From IMG/VR virus record IMGVR_UViG_3300042866_000779, positions 1 to 61,391 of that record: a stretch of 61,391 nt of DNA; one strand, given 5' to 3'. How positions within the stretch are numbered: position 1 is the stretch's first letter; each line of letters starts with the position of its first letter. Of this stretch, positions 29,448 to 37,773 are shown one piece after another. Source of the DNA: a virus (lineage: Duplodnaviria > Caudoviricetes). Made by a program: the position numbers and the translations under genes. A model generated the notes under the pieces. It saw only the letters and a list, made by a program, of their open reading frames with translations, ran no database searches and had not been told where the DNA came from.

Positions 29448-30581
29448 TCAGGCAATGGCCTGCAACTTGAAGAAATTACGCGGACTTTTCAGCTTGATGT
29501 TGCCAAGAACGCTCACGACGTACCTGTACGCCTGTGTATCCTCATTATAGAATGGTCCCTCGCTTGTCAGGAGGTTCCCTTCCATGCAGTACAGTTCCAT
29601 GTTGGCGATGGACAGACCGTACCCAGTGTTCAGAGGTACACTGTATTCGGTCGTGATGTCCACACCGTCCTGCTGGAATGCGTCCTTAAATCCGTACAGC
29701 TTCAGGCCCGTGTTACTACTGATGAGGGCCCGCTCCTTGGAGTCGAGCTTGTTCATGTAGTCGATGTACAACTTCCGATCAAGGACAACCATGTCGATCT
29801 GGCTCTCCTTGGTATCATTACGCTTGGCCTGTTGAATGCCCTCGCGCACAGCCTGAACGCACTGATCCTGCCATGTGAAGGAGTCAGCACCAGCGGAGTT
29901 CTTTCCCTTGAAATACTTGCTGGTGTAGTTCACCACGATTGGCGACCAGTGGTCATATTCCGGGTCGGCAACACCGTTCGGCCACGAACCCTCAAGCTGC
30001 GAACCAGCCACAGCACCAAGGCCCGTGTTCAGACCAGCGTAGTTGTCCGCAGGCCAGCCGAAGGGATCGTCAGCGTTGGCAGCCCGCTTGGTGCCGTCAA
30101 CGATGCTGACCGTACCATCGACCGCGAACATCGACTCAAGACCGTGGAAACGAAGTTCGTTACCCGCCTTGTTACCGTCGATGTAGATTTCCTTTGCGAG
30201 GTGCTGGCTCATCGACTCTTCCAGTCGGGTCGCCATACCACCGGCCACGTTGATGAGTGCAGCCTGACCGCGATTTTCGAGCATTTCACGCTTGAAAATC
30301 GAGTCCGTGACCTGATAGCCACGGTACGGGAGGGTCGCGGTCGAGAAGAGATTCTGTCGAGCGAAGACTCGCGGAGTCTCACCGTTGTTACCACTCACGG
30401 GCTGGTTCCGCATACGGACCTGCCAGTTGAGATTAAGACCTGCACTGTTCATCACCACATTGCCGGAACCTTCCAGCATGGCGAAGACCTTGAAGCGACG
30501 GAACGTGGTCTGTTCAGTCTCCCGAAGGTAGTTCTGGATGGTAGTCTGAATTACCCGGGCCCAGTCAGTGCTATTAGCCAT
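29448..30581 (-). CDS. Major capsid protein
   Basis: 377 aa following the scaffold gene; EMLENRGQAALIN...EIYIDG...FHGLES pattern. Confidence 0.8.
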   Translation of the reverse strand: MANSTDWARVIQTTIQNYLRETEQTTFRRFKVFAMLEGSGNVVMNSAGLNLNWQVRMRNQPVSGNNGETPRVFARQNLFSTATLPYRGYQVTDSIFKREMLENRGQAALINVAGGMATRLEESMSQHLAKEIYIDGNKAGNELRFHGLESMFAVDGTVSIVDGTKRAANADDPFGWPADNYAGLNTGLGAVAGSQLEGSWPNGVADPEYDHWSPIVVNYTSKYFKGKNSAGADSFTWQDQCVQAVREGIQQAKRNDTKESQIDMVVLDRKLYIDYMNKLDSKERALISSNTGLKLYGFKDAFQQDGVDITTEYSVPLNTGYGLSIANMELYCMEGNLLTSEGPFYNEDTQAYRYVVSVLGNIKLKSPRNFFKLQAIA

Positions 30582-30595
30582 TTGGCTCTCCTTGG

Positions 30596-31657
30596 TCAGA
30601 TGTAACCGGCGGCATTAAGGTTTTCCGCCAACATTTGTTCAAACGTCAGTTTCTGCTTCGGCTGTCTCGGATCGTTGTTGGCGGCACCGGCTGACCGGCT
30701 TGGATTCCGGCTGGCTTCACGGCGCAGATAGTTCATGTTCTGGGCGGCAAGGTCTTGAGGTGCTGGTGCTTGGGGCACTGGGGCCTGCTGCACTGGCTCC
30801 GCTTGCGGCGGCTGGGGCTGATACTGCGGCTGGGGAGGAGCGGATTCTTGAGCGTACCGTTGCCGGAACAACTCAAGCTCGACCTTCTCAACTGCGTAAT
30901 CAGCCCGGGGCTTACCGGGCGGAATACCTTTTGACATTGCTTCGTCAACATATTTATGGAGTAGTAAGCCCGCTGGTGAAACGCTACCTGTGTTTTGGTC
31001 GAACAACCAATCGGCGTTTTCCTTCTCAAAGTTGGTTACAAAGCTCTCCCGATCACGGGACTCAAGCTGTTGCTGAACGATCTCTTGTGCCTGTTTTTGA
31101 GCCAATTCAGCAACCATTGGACCAAGGGCATCCTCGGGATTGCTCAGGAACTTCTGGGCAAAGTCAGCCCGATAGTTCTGCCACTCAGAGAGAGCCAGCT
31201 TCGCGTCATACGGAGCGTCCGGGTGGATTACATCCCGGCCATTCTCGTCCTTGGTGAGGTAACGCTTGTAGGAATCCTTCAGTTCTGGAGGGTTCCACCA
31301 CTTCTTGGCCTGAGGGGCAGCTTGCTGGGGAGCCTGCTGCTGGGGCTGTTGAGCTTGCTGCTGCTGGGCAGCCATCCATTTCTCAAAGTCAGGCCGCTTG
31401 GAGAGGTACTCCTGAGCAATCGGCATAATCGAAACGTATTGCTGCAACTGTCGGGAAGCAGCTTGCTCACGCTGCATCGACTGATACAGGCTTGCCGCTA
31501 TTGCCCGATCATCCTGCCCTTGGAACTGGGGCAGTTGCTTGAAACCGTCCCACGGCGAGTATGCGACTTCAGCCTGTGGGGATTGTTCCGGCTGCGGCTC
31601 CGCAACAGGAACATCATTCTCAACTGGAATGGAATCTTGCTCAATGTCTTCTGACAT
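30596..31657 (-). CDS. Capsid scaffolding protein
   Basis: Acidic, Q/P-rich, helical; immediately upstream of the MCP gene. Confidence 0.65.
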   Translation of the reverse strand: MSEDIEQDSIPVENDVPVAEPQPEQSPQAEVAYSPWDGFKQLPQFQGQDDRAIAASLYQSMQREQAASRQLQQYVSIMPIAQEYLSKRPDFEKWMAAQQQQAQQPQQQAPQQAAPQAKKWWNPPELKDSYKRYLTKDENGRDVIHPDAPYDAKLALSEWQNYRADFAQKFLSNPEDALGPMVAELAQKQAQEIVQQQLESRDRESFVTNFEKENADWLFDQNTGSVSPAGLLLHKYVDEAMSKGIPPGKPRADYAVEKVELELFRQRYAQESAPPQPQYQPQPPQAEPVQQAPVPQAPAPQDLAAQNMNYLRREASRNPSRSAGAANNDPRQPKQKLTFEQMLAENLNAAGYI

Positions 31658-31720
31658 GGTGGCCTCCATTTAAGAAGTAAGACCACCGAATTGTGTCAAG
31701 GGTCTGGCGGCGGGCAATAG

Positions 31721-33082
31721 TTACTTGGAGATTAATCCGCGCAACCAACTGCCAGCACCATAGGCAGCATTGCCAGCCGGTGCGATTGCGTTACCCATTT
31801 TGGTTACAGTTGTCTGGGGGCGAACGATCTGGCTGTTGAGGTTTTCCAGCACCTTGAACGATTGGTCGCGGGTTTTATCACGCTGTTGCTGATCGGCTTC
31901 CCACTTGCTGTTGCTGCGGGTGTCACCACCAAGTAACTCAGCACCTAGCTCAACTGCGTTGGTTACATCAGCCGCCTCGTCCTTGATGTGGTGGGCAATT
32001 CTGCCGCCCGCAGTGGGATTGGCGACAAGGTTTTTGGCAATGTCATCGGCTGTACTCTGGGCAAATTTCGCCACGCCGGGGACTCCGGTCCTTGCAGCGG
32101 CACCAGCCACACCCCGAACTGCATTGGGAATGGCCTTGTGGGAACCAACGAACCCAGTGCCGTCGAGCATTCCGTTGCCGAAACTGAGAGCCGCGTTGAT
32201 CAAGGGCTGGATATATGGGACTTGACCCTTCATGTGTTCTGGAAGGATTCTGTTTCCGATGGCACCCCGAAAGGTATCCCCGGCACTCATCCCCTCTGAG
32301 CCGTACCAAGCATTCTGACCTTGCTGGATCAGACCGTCATTGCCCCTCCAGCCATTGTCCTTGGCCAATACAGGGTTGGTGCGGAAGAAGTCGGAACCCT
32401 GCGAACGAACTGCCGCATTACCCATAGCCGCAGTTGGGTCTGTAGTTCTGAGGATCGCCGTCCCAAGTTGGCTCATGCCGTCCGAAACCACTCCACCCAT
32501 CTTGGTCGTGAAGCTGCCAACGAAGTTCTCGGGGTTCCAAAGCTCCTGAACACCACCTTCTGGGATGCCGGGGAACATGGTGCCGGGGCCGGAACCCGGG
32601 ATGTAGGCGTGAGTCCGGCCTACCTGTTGTGCGTAATTCTTGGCATAGCCCTCATTCAGCTTGCTTGGAGTGCCGCCAGCCCATGCTGCCGCGCTGGGGA
32701 GCCAACTGTTGTCCGCTTGCTGCGGGGCAATGGAGTCATAGAGCCGGTTGCGGTTCTCAAGCTGGTCGAGGTACTGACCTCCCGGCGAGAACTCGTAGGA
32801 CTCCGGGGTCCTGCCAAGAGCTTTCGATTGCTCGGGAGTCCAGCCCTTCCCGGTATACCCACTGAGCATCTGATCCTGAAGGGCCCGCTCATCGTCATCT
32901 TGAGGCTGGTAGCTCGGGTGGCCCACCTGCCGGTAATACTTGAAGTCATCAAGCTGCGGGTGCTGCTTGCCAGCCGCGTGGGCAGCCGCCATAGCTTCGG
33001 CATTGAATCGAAGCTGTTGCTCCGGGGGCAACCGGGCAATGTCTTGGGCGTAAGCGTGGCGAAGTGCTTCTTCAGGTGTCAT
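31721..33082 (-). CDS. Putative internal virion protein
   Basis: Gly/Ala-rich long ORF in the late operon. Confidence 0.55.
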   Translation of the reverse strand: MTPEEALRHAYAQDIARLPPEQQLRFNAEAMAAAHAAGKQHPQLDDFKYYRQVGHPSYQPQDDDERALQDQMLSGYTGKGWTPEQSKALGRTPESYEFSPGGQYLDQLENRNRLYDSIAPQQADNSWLPSAAAWAGGTPSKLNEGYAKNYAQQVGRTHAYIPGSGPGTMFPGIPEGGVQELWNPENFVGSFTTKMGGVVSDGMSQLGTAILRTTDPTAAMGNAAVRSQGSDFFRTNPVLAKDNGWRGNDGLIQQGQNAWYGSEGMSAGDTFRGAIGNRILPEHMKGQVPYIQPLINAALSFGNGMLDGTGFVGSHKAIPNAVRGVAGAAARTGVPGVAKFAQSTADDIAKNLVANPTAGGRIAHHIKDEAADVTNAVELGAELLGGDTRSNSKWEADQQQRDKTRDQSFKVLENLNSQIVRPQTTVTKMGNAIAPAGNAAYGAGSWLRGLISK

Positions 33083-34314
33083 GCGAGTAGGGCCGTTCGT
33101 AGGCTGGGATTGGTGGCACCAGTCTTGAAGTTCATGTCCTTGATGTCATGCAAGCCGTCTTTCCCGGCGGCATCAATGATCTCTTGCAGCTTCTCCATTG
33201 CCTTGTCGTAGCCGTGGGCGGGCTGGTCGAACTGCCGGTGGCCCGGGAGGTTGATCATGGGATCGGCACCCGTGGCCTCGTAATGCCGGACGTAATCAAT
33301 GAAGTTGTCCGCTGTGTTCTTGTTGAGCCCGATGTCCCGCATTCCCGGGTTGACCGTTTCGGTCTGACGCTTCAGGTGAAACATCAGGTTGCTCAACTCT
33401 GTCCCGTTGCTGCCCAGATAGGCGGATTTGGGGCCAAGCTCCCGCTGCCTGTCAGTTACGGCTGGGCGAAGAGCTTGAAACTGCCGCCACTTATGGGATG
33501 GATTGACACCATCAAGGATTGAATGGATTGCTTCATGCTGACCGACATTGAAGCCGTCCCTGTCCATGCCGCGACCGACCGTGTACGGGTCCATGAAAGC
33601 ATTGTGGTAAAGCTGCTTGTTGATCGCAGAAGCGAACCCCTGACCACCGTCCATATTGGCAAAGCTCTCGGGGGTTAGCCCTCGGAACATGAGCCACTTA
33701 CGCTTCCATTCCTTTTCAAGGTCGCCTAGGTGGTACACGGCAGCATCGTCGCCCATGCCGTCCGTACCGTCCGGGTGGTTCCTGTCCCTGATTCTGGTGA
33801 GTACACGGTCGCTCTGGGCCCGGTCACCAGTGATCCCGTCGAGCAACCTCCACGGGGAGGTGCGGGTGACTGCCGTGTCCATGCTGTGCCCCATTGCCTC
33901 AGGGGCGCGGCTATCCAGCCCTGCGGCAGTGCTGAGATAACCTTTGTACCGCACCGTTGGGGCACTTCCGGTGAGGGTGTTGTTCAGCTTGTTCGTGTAG
34001 TTATGGTTCTGGGTGAGATCGTCCCAGATAACGTCGTTTGCCAAACGCGCCGCCCTGCCAGTTCCAGTGTTCTCCACGGCATCCGTTGTGGCCCCAAACG
34101 GCATCAGCGGCCACGAACCGTAATCCTTCGTGTCCTGAATGTGCTGTTGGGTGCCAGCAATGGTGTGGGCATCCGCTTTCTGGATGTTGGCGGGATGCGG
34201 CGTAAGCCCGCTGCCAAAGGCACCCTCAAGATTGGCCCGCCGAATAGAGCGGGCAGCATCATCGGGAATGCGGTACGGGAGGGCCCCCACCAGCTTCCTG
34301 ATCATCTCTGCCAT
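33079..34314 (-). CDS. Hypothetical protein with HExxH (zincin-like) motif
   Basis: VGQHEAIHSIL...E; GGAGG SD. Confidence 0.55.
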   Translation of the reverse strand: MAEMIRKLVGALPYRIPDDAARSIRRANLEGAFGSGLTPHPANIQKADAHTIAGTQQHIQDTKDYGSWPLMPFGATTDAVENTGTGRAARLANDVIWDDLTQNHNYTNKLNNTLTGSAPTVRYKGYLSTAAGLDSRAPEAMGHSMDTAVTRTSPWRLLDGITGDRAQSDRVLTRIRDRNHPDGTDGMGDDAAVYHLGDLEKEWKRKWLMFRGLTPESFANMDGGQGFASAINKQLYHNAFMDPYTVGRGMDRDGFNVGQHEAIHSILDGVNPSHKWRQFQALRPAVTDRQRELGPKSAYLGSNGTELSNLMFHLKRQTETVNPGMRDIGLNKNTADNFIDYVRHYEATGADPMINLPGHRQFDQPAHGYDKAMEKLQEIIDAAGKDGLHDIKDMNFKTGATNPSLRTALLA

Positions 34315-34332
34315 CAGACTCGCCCTCCGAAA

Positions 34333-34476
34333 CTACTTTTGATTGCGCTCACGCCACTCTTTCCAACGGAACGCAAGCTCGGCAATCCCACCTACGAGCG
34401 CAACGCCACCAATGACAAAAGCGAGGTAGCACACCATCGCGTATGTCAGGTCAACGGCAAAGCGGGCAGGGTCCAT
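34333..34476 (-). CDS. Small single-TM protein (47 aa, MDPARFAVDLTYAMVCYLAFVIGG...)
   Basis: Read manually; ATG 4 nt after late motif copy 3. Confidence 0.6.
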   Translation of the reverse strand: MDPARFAVDLTYAMVCYLAFVIGGVALVGGIAELAFRWKEWRERNQK

Positions 34477-34480
34477 GCCC

Positions 34481-34493
34481 TATTTATGTCCCG
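34481..34493 (-). promoter_or_regulatory. Putative late promoter motif CGGGACATAAATA, copy 3
   Basis: At the head of the whole late arm. Confidence 0.6.
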
Positions 34494-34696
34494 GCTGGCG
34501 GATTTTGCTCCGCTTCCTTGGCCTTGCGATTGGCCCGGTACTGCCTCATGTAAGCCGCCTTCTGATCCTTGAAAGCCTTGTAGGCAAGAGGGTCCTGCTT
34601 CAGCACCCGGCGACGTTCGTGATAGCCACGGCGACCGGACTCTCGGTCAGCATCAGTGTTGATAGCGAGATAGGCAGCGGACCTGTGCAAAGGCAT
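34484..34696 (-). CDS. Small basic hypothetical protein
   Basis: GGAG SD; Arg/Lys-rich. Confidence 0.5.
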   Translation of the reverse strand: MPLHRSAAYLAINTDADRESGRRGYHERRRVLKQDPLAYKAFKDQKAAYMRQYRANRKAKEAEQNPPAGT

Positions 34697-34859
34697 GGGG
34701 AATCTCCATGAGGGGGAAGACGAACCTACGTTGATTACAAGCACCCTCAGGGAGGCGGGCAATCCTTTGATCGCGTAACTATTGCCCGCCGCGTAACTCA
34801 TGCAGATAATGCGGTTTCAGGCTGAGTTAGTTCACTTCGCTGTATATGGGGACACAGAC

Positions 34860-35006
34860 ATGATTTCCCCAGAGGAGCGGGCCGCACTCCTAGCAGCGTT
34901 CGATGACCCCGTGCCCCTCCACGATCACCCCTTCATCAAAGCCCTCCAAGAGAGACTGCCATGCACCCTAGTCAAAGAACTGCCCCAAAAGGAGAAACCC
35001 CAGTGA
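34860..35006 (+). CDS. Small hypothetical protein
   Basis: GGGGA SD; coupled to the next ORF. Confidence 0.5.
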   Translation: MISPEERAALLAAFDDPVPLHDHPFIKALQERLPCTLVKELPQKEKPQ

Positions 35007-35272
35007 ATGATCCAGTGGCATGGGCCGTGACTATTGGCCCGCCTGACGATGTGTCGGTGTACGAGGCTTATGCAGCCCATCAGAAGGAAGAGGCAGTAGC
35101 AATGGCCGATGAGTGCAGGTTTGGCGACAAGGACAAGCCGCTGCCTCTGGCTCCGCTCTACTTCCAGCCCACCCTCACCGAAGAGGAGCAGGAGGCGGTT
35201 GCCGTTGCGATTGTGGGTTCGCTTCCGGGTCGCGCCGCCACGCTCCGCAAACTCTTGGAGAGGATGAAATGA
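35003..35272 (+). CDS. Hypothetical protein (PVAW...PLY, TLTEEEQEAV motifs)
   Basis: AGGAG SD; GTGA overlap. Confidence 0.65.
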   Translation: MNDPVAWAVTIGPPDDVSVYEAYAAHQKEEAVAMADECRFGDKDKPLPLAPLYFQPTLTEEEQEAVAVAIVGSLPGRAATLRKLLERMK

Positions 35273-35792
35273 CGGCTTTCTGTCAGAGCGTGACGGGAAA
35301 CGGTCAGGACTGTGACGGGAAACTGGCAAGTAACCAACATTCCCAAAGTTGGAAAAGTTTCAGGGGGTGAACTAACAGATATACGCTCACACGCGGGGGG
35401 GGCTCACGGGGCCCGCATGAGCCCGCACAGGCCCGCGATTCTTCGCCCGCCCGCCCCTAGCCGCGACCGCCCGCAGCCCCGCAGAACCGCAGCCACGGCC
35501 CCACACGGGCATTCCCGGGCATGGGCATGGCGTGGCAGTCCCGGTTGGCCCTTGGAACCGAGGGCCAACCTCCCCCATTTCTGGGGGTTTTTCGGCTGAC
35601 CTTCACCATCTTCACCACTTTGGTGATGATTGGCAGTGGCCTTGGTGATGATCGGTTTTCGGCGGCTTCCGGCGGTCTGGTCTGGCCTTGCTTGCGCGGT
35701 TCCTTGCACGGGCTGCGCGTTTGCGGTCATGGGCCCGCGCTGTCTTCCCCGCCCTCGCGTGTGCGCTGTCTTTCGTGTGTGTGTGCGCCCGG

Positions 35793-35821
35793 AATCCCCG
35801 GAGGGGATTTTGAGCCTCTGG
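35793..35821 (+). promoter_or_regulatory. GGA-triloop hairpin + AGCCTCTGG element 1
   Basis: AATCCCC-GGA-GGGGATT-TT-GAGCCTCTGG. Confidence 0.85.
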
Positions 35822-35880
35822 TTGTTGTCGGCAACGGCCAGTGTGGTCGATGCGGCACAGCACACTCAGGGAGCAACGTC

Positions 35881-36084
35881 ATGCACACAGTCGAGCAGTA
35901 CGTCAACGGGGAGTTCTTGGTGGCGGCATGGTTCACCGACATTCAGGACGCATATGAGTTCGCCAACAACATCGACGGGCTGGTCATTCCGAAGGAAATG
36001 ACCGACGAGGGGGCGATTGCCAACCGGCGGCTGGATTTCATGGAGGCCGCTTGCGGGTGGTTCTGTGCGGCTGACGAGCGGTGA
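35881..36084 (+). CDS. Early hypothetical protein
   Basis: CACAC-AGGGAG leader then ATG. Confidence 0.7.
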   Translation: MHTVEQYVNGEFLVAAWFTDIQDAYEFANNIDGLVIPKEMTDEGAIANRRLDFMEAACGWFCAADER

Positions 36085-36101
36085 GCCTCACACACACGCT
36101 G

Positions 36102-36130
36102 AGTCAGGGGACCTGACTTTGAGCCTCTGG
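36102..36130 (+). promoter_or_regulatory. GGA-triloop hairpin + AGCCTCTGG element 2
   Basis: AGTCAGG-GGA-CCTGACT-TT-GAGCCTCTGG. Confidence 0.85.
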
Positions 36131-36136
36131 TTGGTG

Positions 36137-36182
36137 GCGGTGGCTGATCGGCAGCCTGACGGGTTCGATGCCCGTTCACCGC
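36137..36182 (+). ncRNA. tRNA-like mini element 1 (acceptor-like stem, D-like arm, T arm; no anticodon arm)
   Basis: GCGGTG/CACCGC; GCTG-ATCGG-CAGC; GACGGG-TTCGATG-CCCGTT. Confidence 0.7.
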
Positions 36183-36222
36183 ACTGGTTCGATTGTTCGA
36201 TTCACACACTGAGGGTGCTGAC

Positions 36223-36474
36223 ATGACAACGGCTGAATTCAAGGCGGAAATGCGGGTTGAGCGTGAGGAACTGTGCGTCGAATGGGGCTTCGCCAACCGA
36301 TTCACGGCGATGATCTTCCAGTGGGTCTGCGACGATTTCAACCGGATCGACTACCCGGACCTTGACGAGGCTTCCGAGGCCATTCGGGAGTACGTCATCC
36401 ATGTGAAGAAAGTGCCTGCCTACCGGGTGCGGCACGTTGACTTCCACGAGATTGCACTGTGCCTGCGAGGCTAG
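36223..36474 (+). CDS. Early hypothetical protein
   Basis: CACAC-GAGGG leader; stop abuts hammerhead 1. Confidence 0.75.
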   Translation: MTTAEFKAEMRVEREELCVEWGFANRFTAMIFQWVCDDFNRIDYPDLDEASEAIREYVIHVKKVPAYRVRHVDFHEIALCLRG

Positions 36475-36525
36475 GCCGAAACCGGGGAAACCCGGTCGCA
36501 CCGTAATGCGGTGCCTGACGAGGCC
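36474..36525 (+). ncRNA. Type II hammerhead ribozyme 1 (predicted cleavage after C36497)
   Basis: GGCC-GAAA-CCGGG(GAAA)CCCGG-TC-GCACCG(TAATG)CGGTGC-CTGACGA-GGCC. Confidence 0.93.
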
Positions 36526-36562
36526 GTTCGTCCCCCTGATTGGTCGATGGGGTAACTCGACT

Positions 36563-36600
36563 GCCTCCCGGTGGACGTTCCATCGGGGGGCTTTTCTTTT
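36563..36600 (+). terminator. Intrinsic terminator-like hairpin + U tract upstream of ORF 36623
   Basis: GCCTCCCGGTGGA/TCCATCGGGGGGC then TTTTCTTTT. Confidence 0.55.
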
Positions 36601-36622
36601 CTTCACGCGAAGGATCACACCC

Positions 36623-36892
36623 ATGCTGGTGCCTGACTACAACCAGATGATCGACGTTTTCCCGGGCGAAACCTATGAGGTTCTCATGCCCTATTCCGAA
36701 GTGTGTATGCACATGGGAATCGCGGGGACCGTTCGACGGATTCTGGTCCGCGAAGCGGGGCGGGGCGTTTACCTGCTGAACGATGACCTGACAACGGGCC
36801 CGCACATGACGAGCGGCGAGGCCGGGATTCTGGGTTGCTCACACAGCCACCCATACACCTACGGGTTCAAGTACCAGTCCCCCCGTGCGTAA
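36623..36892 (+). CDS. Early hypothetical protein
   Basis: AAGGA SD; ATG at 36623. Confidence 0.7.
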   Translation: MLVPDYNQMIDVFPGETYEVLMPYSEVCMHMGIAGTVRRILVREAGRGVYLLNDDLTTGPHMTSGEAGILGCSHSHPYTYGFKYQSPRA

Positions 36893-36919
36893 CCAACGGA
36901 GTTGGTTTTGAGCCTCTGG
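36891..36919 (+). promoter_or_regulatory. GGA-triloop hairpin + AGCCTCTGG element 3
   Basis: AACCAAC-GGA-GTTGGTT-TT-GAGCCTCTGG. Confidence 0.85.
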
Positions 36920-36924
36920 ATGGC

Positions 36925-36974
36925 AGCGGTTGGCTGACGGAAGCCACACCCCGGTTCGACTCCGGGGAACCGCT
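36925..36974 (+). ncRNA. tRNA-like mini element 2
   Basis: AGCGGTT/AACCGCT; GGCT-GACGGA-AGCC; CCCCGG-TTCGACT-CCGGGG. Confidence 0.75.
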
Positions 36975-37011
36975 CTGGGTTCGGGTTCGATCACACACAA
37001 GGGGCACCATC

Positions 37012-37221
37012 ATGCTGGGCGAATATCCCGTGGCGGTTCGTGACGCGGTGACTGAGGCGAGGGCGACGAAAGAAACCCGCTATGTGATCCAGATGGATCA
37101 CGGCGACGGGCGGGCTTTCACATTCTGCGACGAGCAGTATCTCGACGGGCCGGAATACAACGCTTTCGACGGTGTTGTATGGGCGACCGTCTTCCCCGAT
37201 GGGGAAATCTGCCGGGAGTAA
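37012..37221 (+). CDS. Early hypothetical protein
   Basis: CACACACAAGGGG leader; stop just before hammerhead 2. Confidence 0.7.
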   Translation: MLGEYPVAVRDAVTEARATKETRYVIQMDHGDGRAFTFCDEQYLDGPEYNAFDGVVWATVFPDGEICRE

Positions 37222-37224
37222 CCA

Positions 37225-37276
37225 AGCCGAAACCGGGGCAACCCGGTCTGCCAGTAACGCTGGCACTGACGAGGCT
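37225..37276 (+). ncRNA. Type II hammerhead ribozyme 2 (predicted cleavage after C37248)
   Basis: AGCC-GAAA-CCGGG(GCAA)CCCGG-TC-TGCCAG(TAACG)CTGGCA-CTGACGA-GGCT. Confidence 0.93.
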
Positions 37277-37301
37277 ACACACTCACAACGGGAGCCATTC
37301 A

Positions 37302-37658
37302 ATGGCACAGCAATTGGACGAATTCACGCGGCAATTTCTGGAAACCGCACTGTGGTCTTCGACGGACTTGGAAACCGACAAGCCGCTGGATGACACGCAT
37401 GACATCGAAGACTTTGCCCCCGCTACGTTGGCGGAACTGGTCGCGGATTGCAAGGCTTTTCAGGCCGACAACGCTGCCGACATTGCCGCCGATCCGATCC
37501 GGGCTGGACACGATTTCTGGCTGACGCGGTGCGGCCACGGGGCGGGCTTTTGGGATGGCGACTGGCCGCACGACGCTGGAAAGCGACTGACGGCAGCGTC
37601 CAAGGTCTACGGCAACGTGGACTTGTATGTGGGTGATGACGGGCTCGTGTATGCGTAA
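37302..37658 (+). CDS. Phage early hypothetical protein (GHDFWLTRCGHGAGFWD motif)
   Basis: GGAG SD; motif I recognise from other phage hypothetical proteins. Confidence 0.8.
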   Translation: MAQQLDEFTRQFLETALWSSTDLETDKPLDDTHDIEDFAPATLAELVADCKAFQADNAADIAADPIRAGHDFWLTRCGHGAGFWDGDWPHDAGKRLTAASKVYGNVDLYVGDDGLVYA

Positions 37659-37685
37659 TCAACGGAGTTGATTCTGAGCCTCTGG
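37657..37685 (+). promoter_or_regulatory. GGA-triloop hairpin + AGCCTCTGG element 4
   Basis: AATCAAC-GGA-GTTGATT-CT-GAGCCTCTGG. Confidence 0.85.
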
Positions 37686-37690
37686 TATTC

Positions 37691-37739
37691 GACGGTTGTG
37701 GTTCGGCCACCGTCCGGGGTTCGATGCCCCGGAACCGTC
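37691..37739 (+). ncRNA. tRNA-like mini element 3
   Basis: GACGGTT/AACCGTC; GTGG-TTCGG-CCAC; CCGGGG-TTCGATG-CCCCGG. Confidence 0.75.
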
Positions 37740-37773
37740 CTGTGTTCGATTGCCCACACTTGGAGACACGACG

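Noticed and set aside
28863-30605. 580-aa plus-strand ORF, and similar long antisense ORFs (1165..2244, 41972..43357)
   Set aside because: Shadows of real genes on the opposite strand in GC-rich DNA; no motifs or SD
30951-30958. CATAAATA inside the scaffold gene as a fourth late promoter
   Set aside because: Lacks the CGGGA part of the 13-mer and is intragenic
35404-35865. ORFs called across the 35.3-35.8 kb gap
   Set aside because: Low-complexity translations with no SD; better explained as non-coding
36071-36077. Extra CTGACGA (and CTGATGA at ~40052) as further hammerheads
   Set aside because: Inside ORFs, with no matching GAAA, GUC or flanking stems
36137-37739. Canonical tRNA genes
   Set aside because: Only ~48 nt, with no anticodon arm and no CCA; reported as tRNA-like instead
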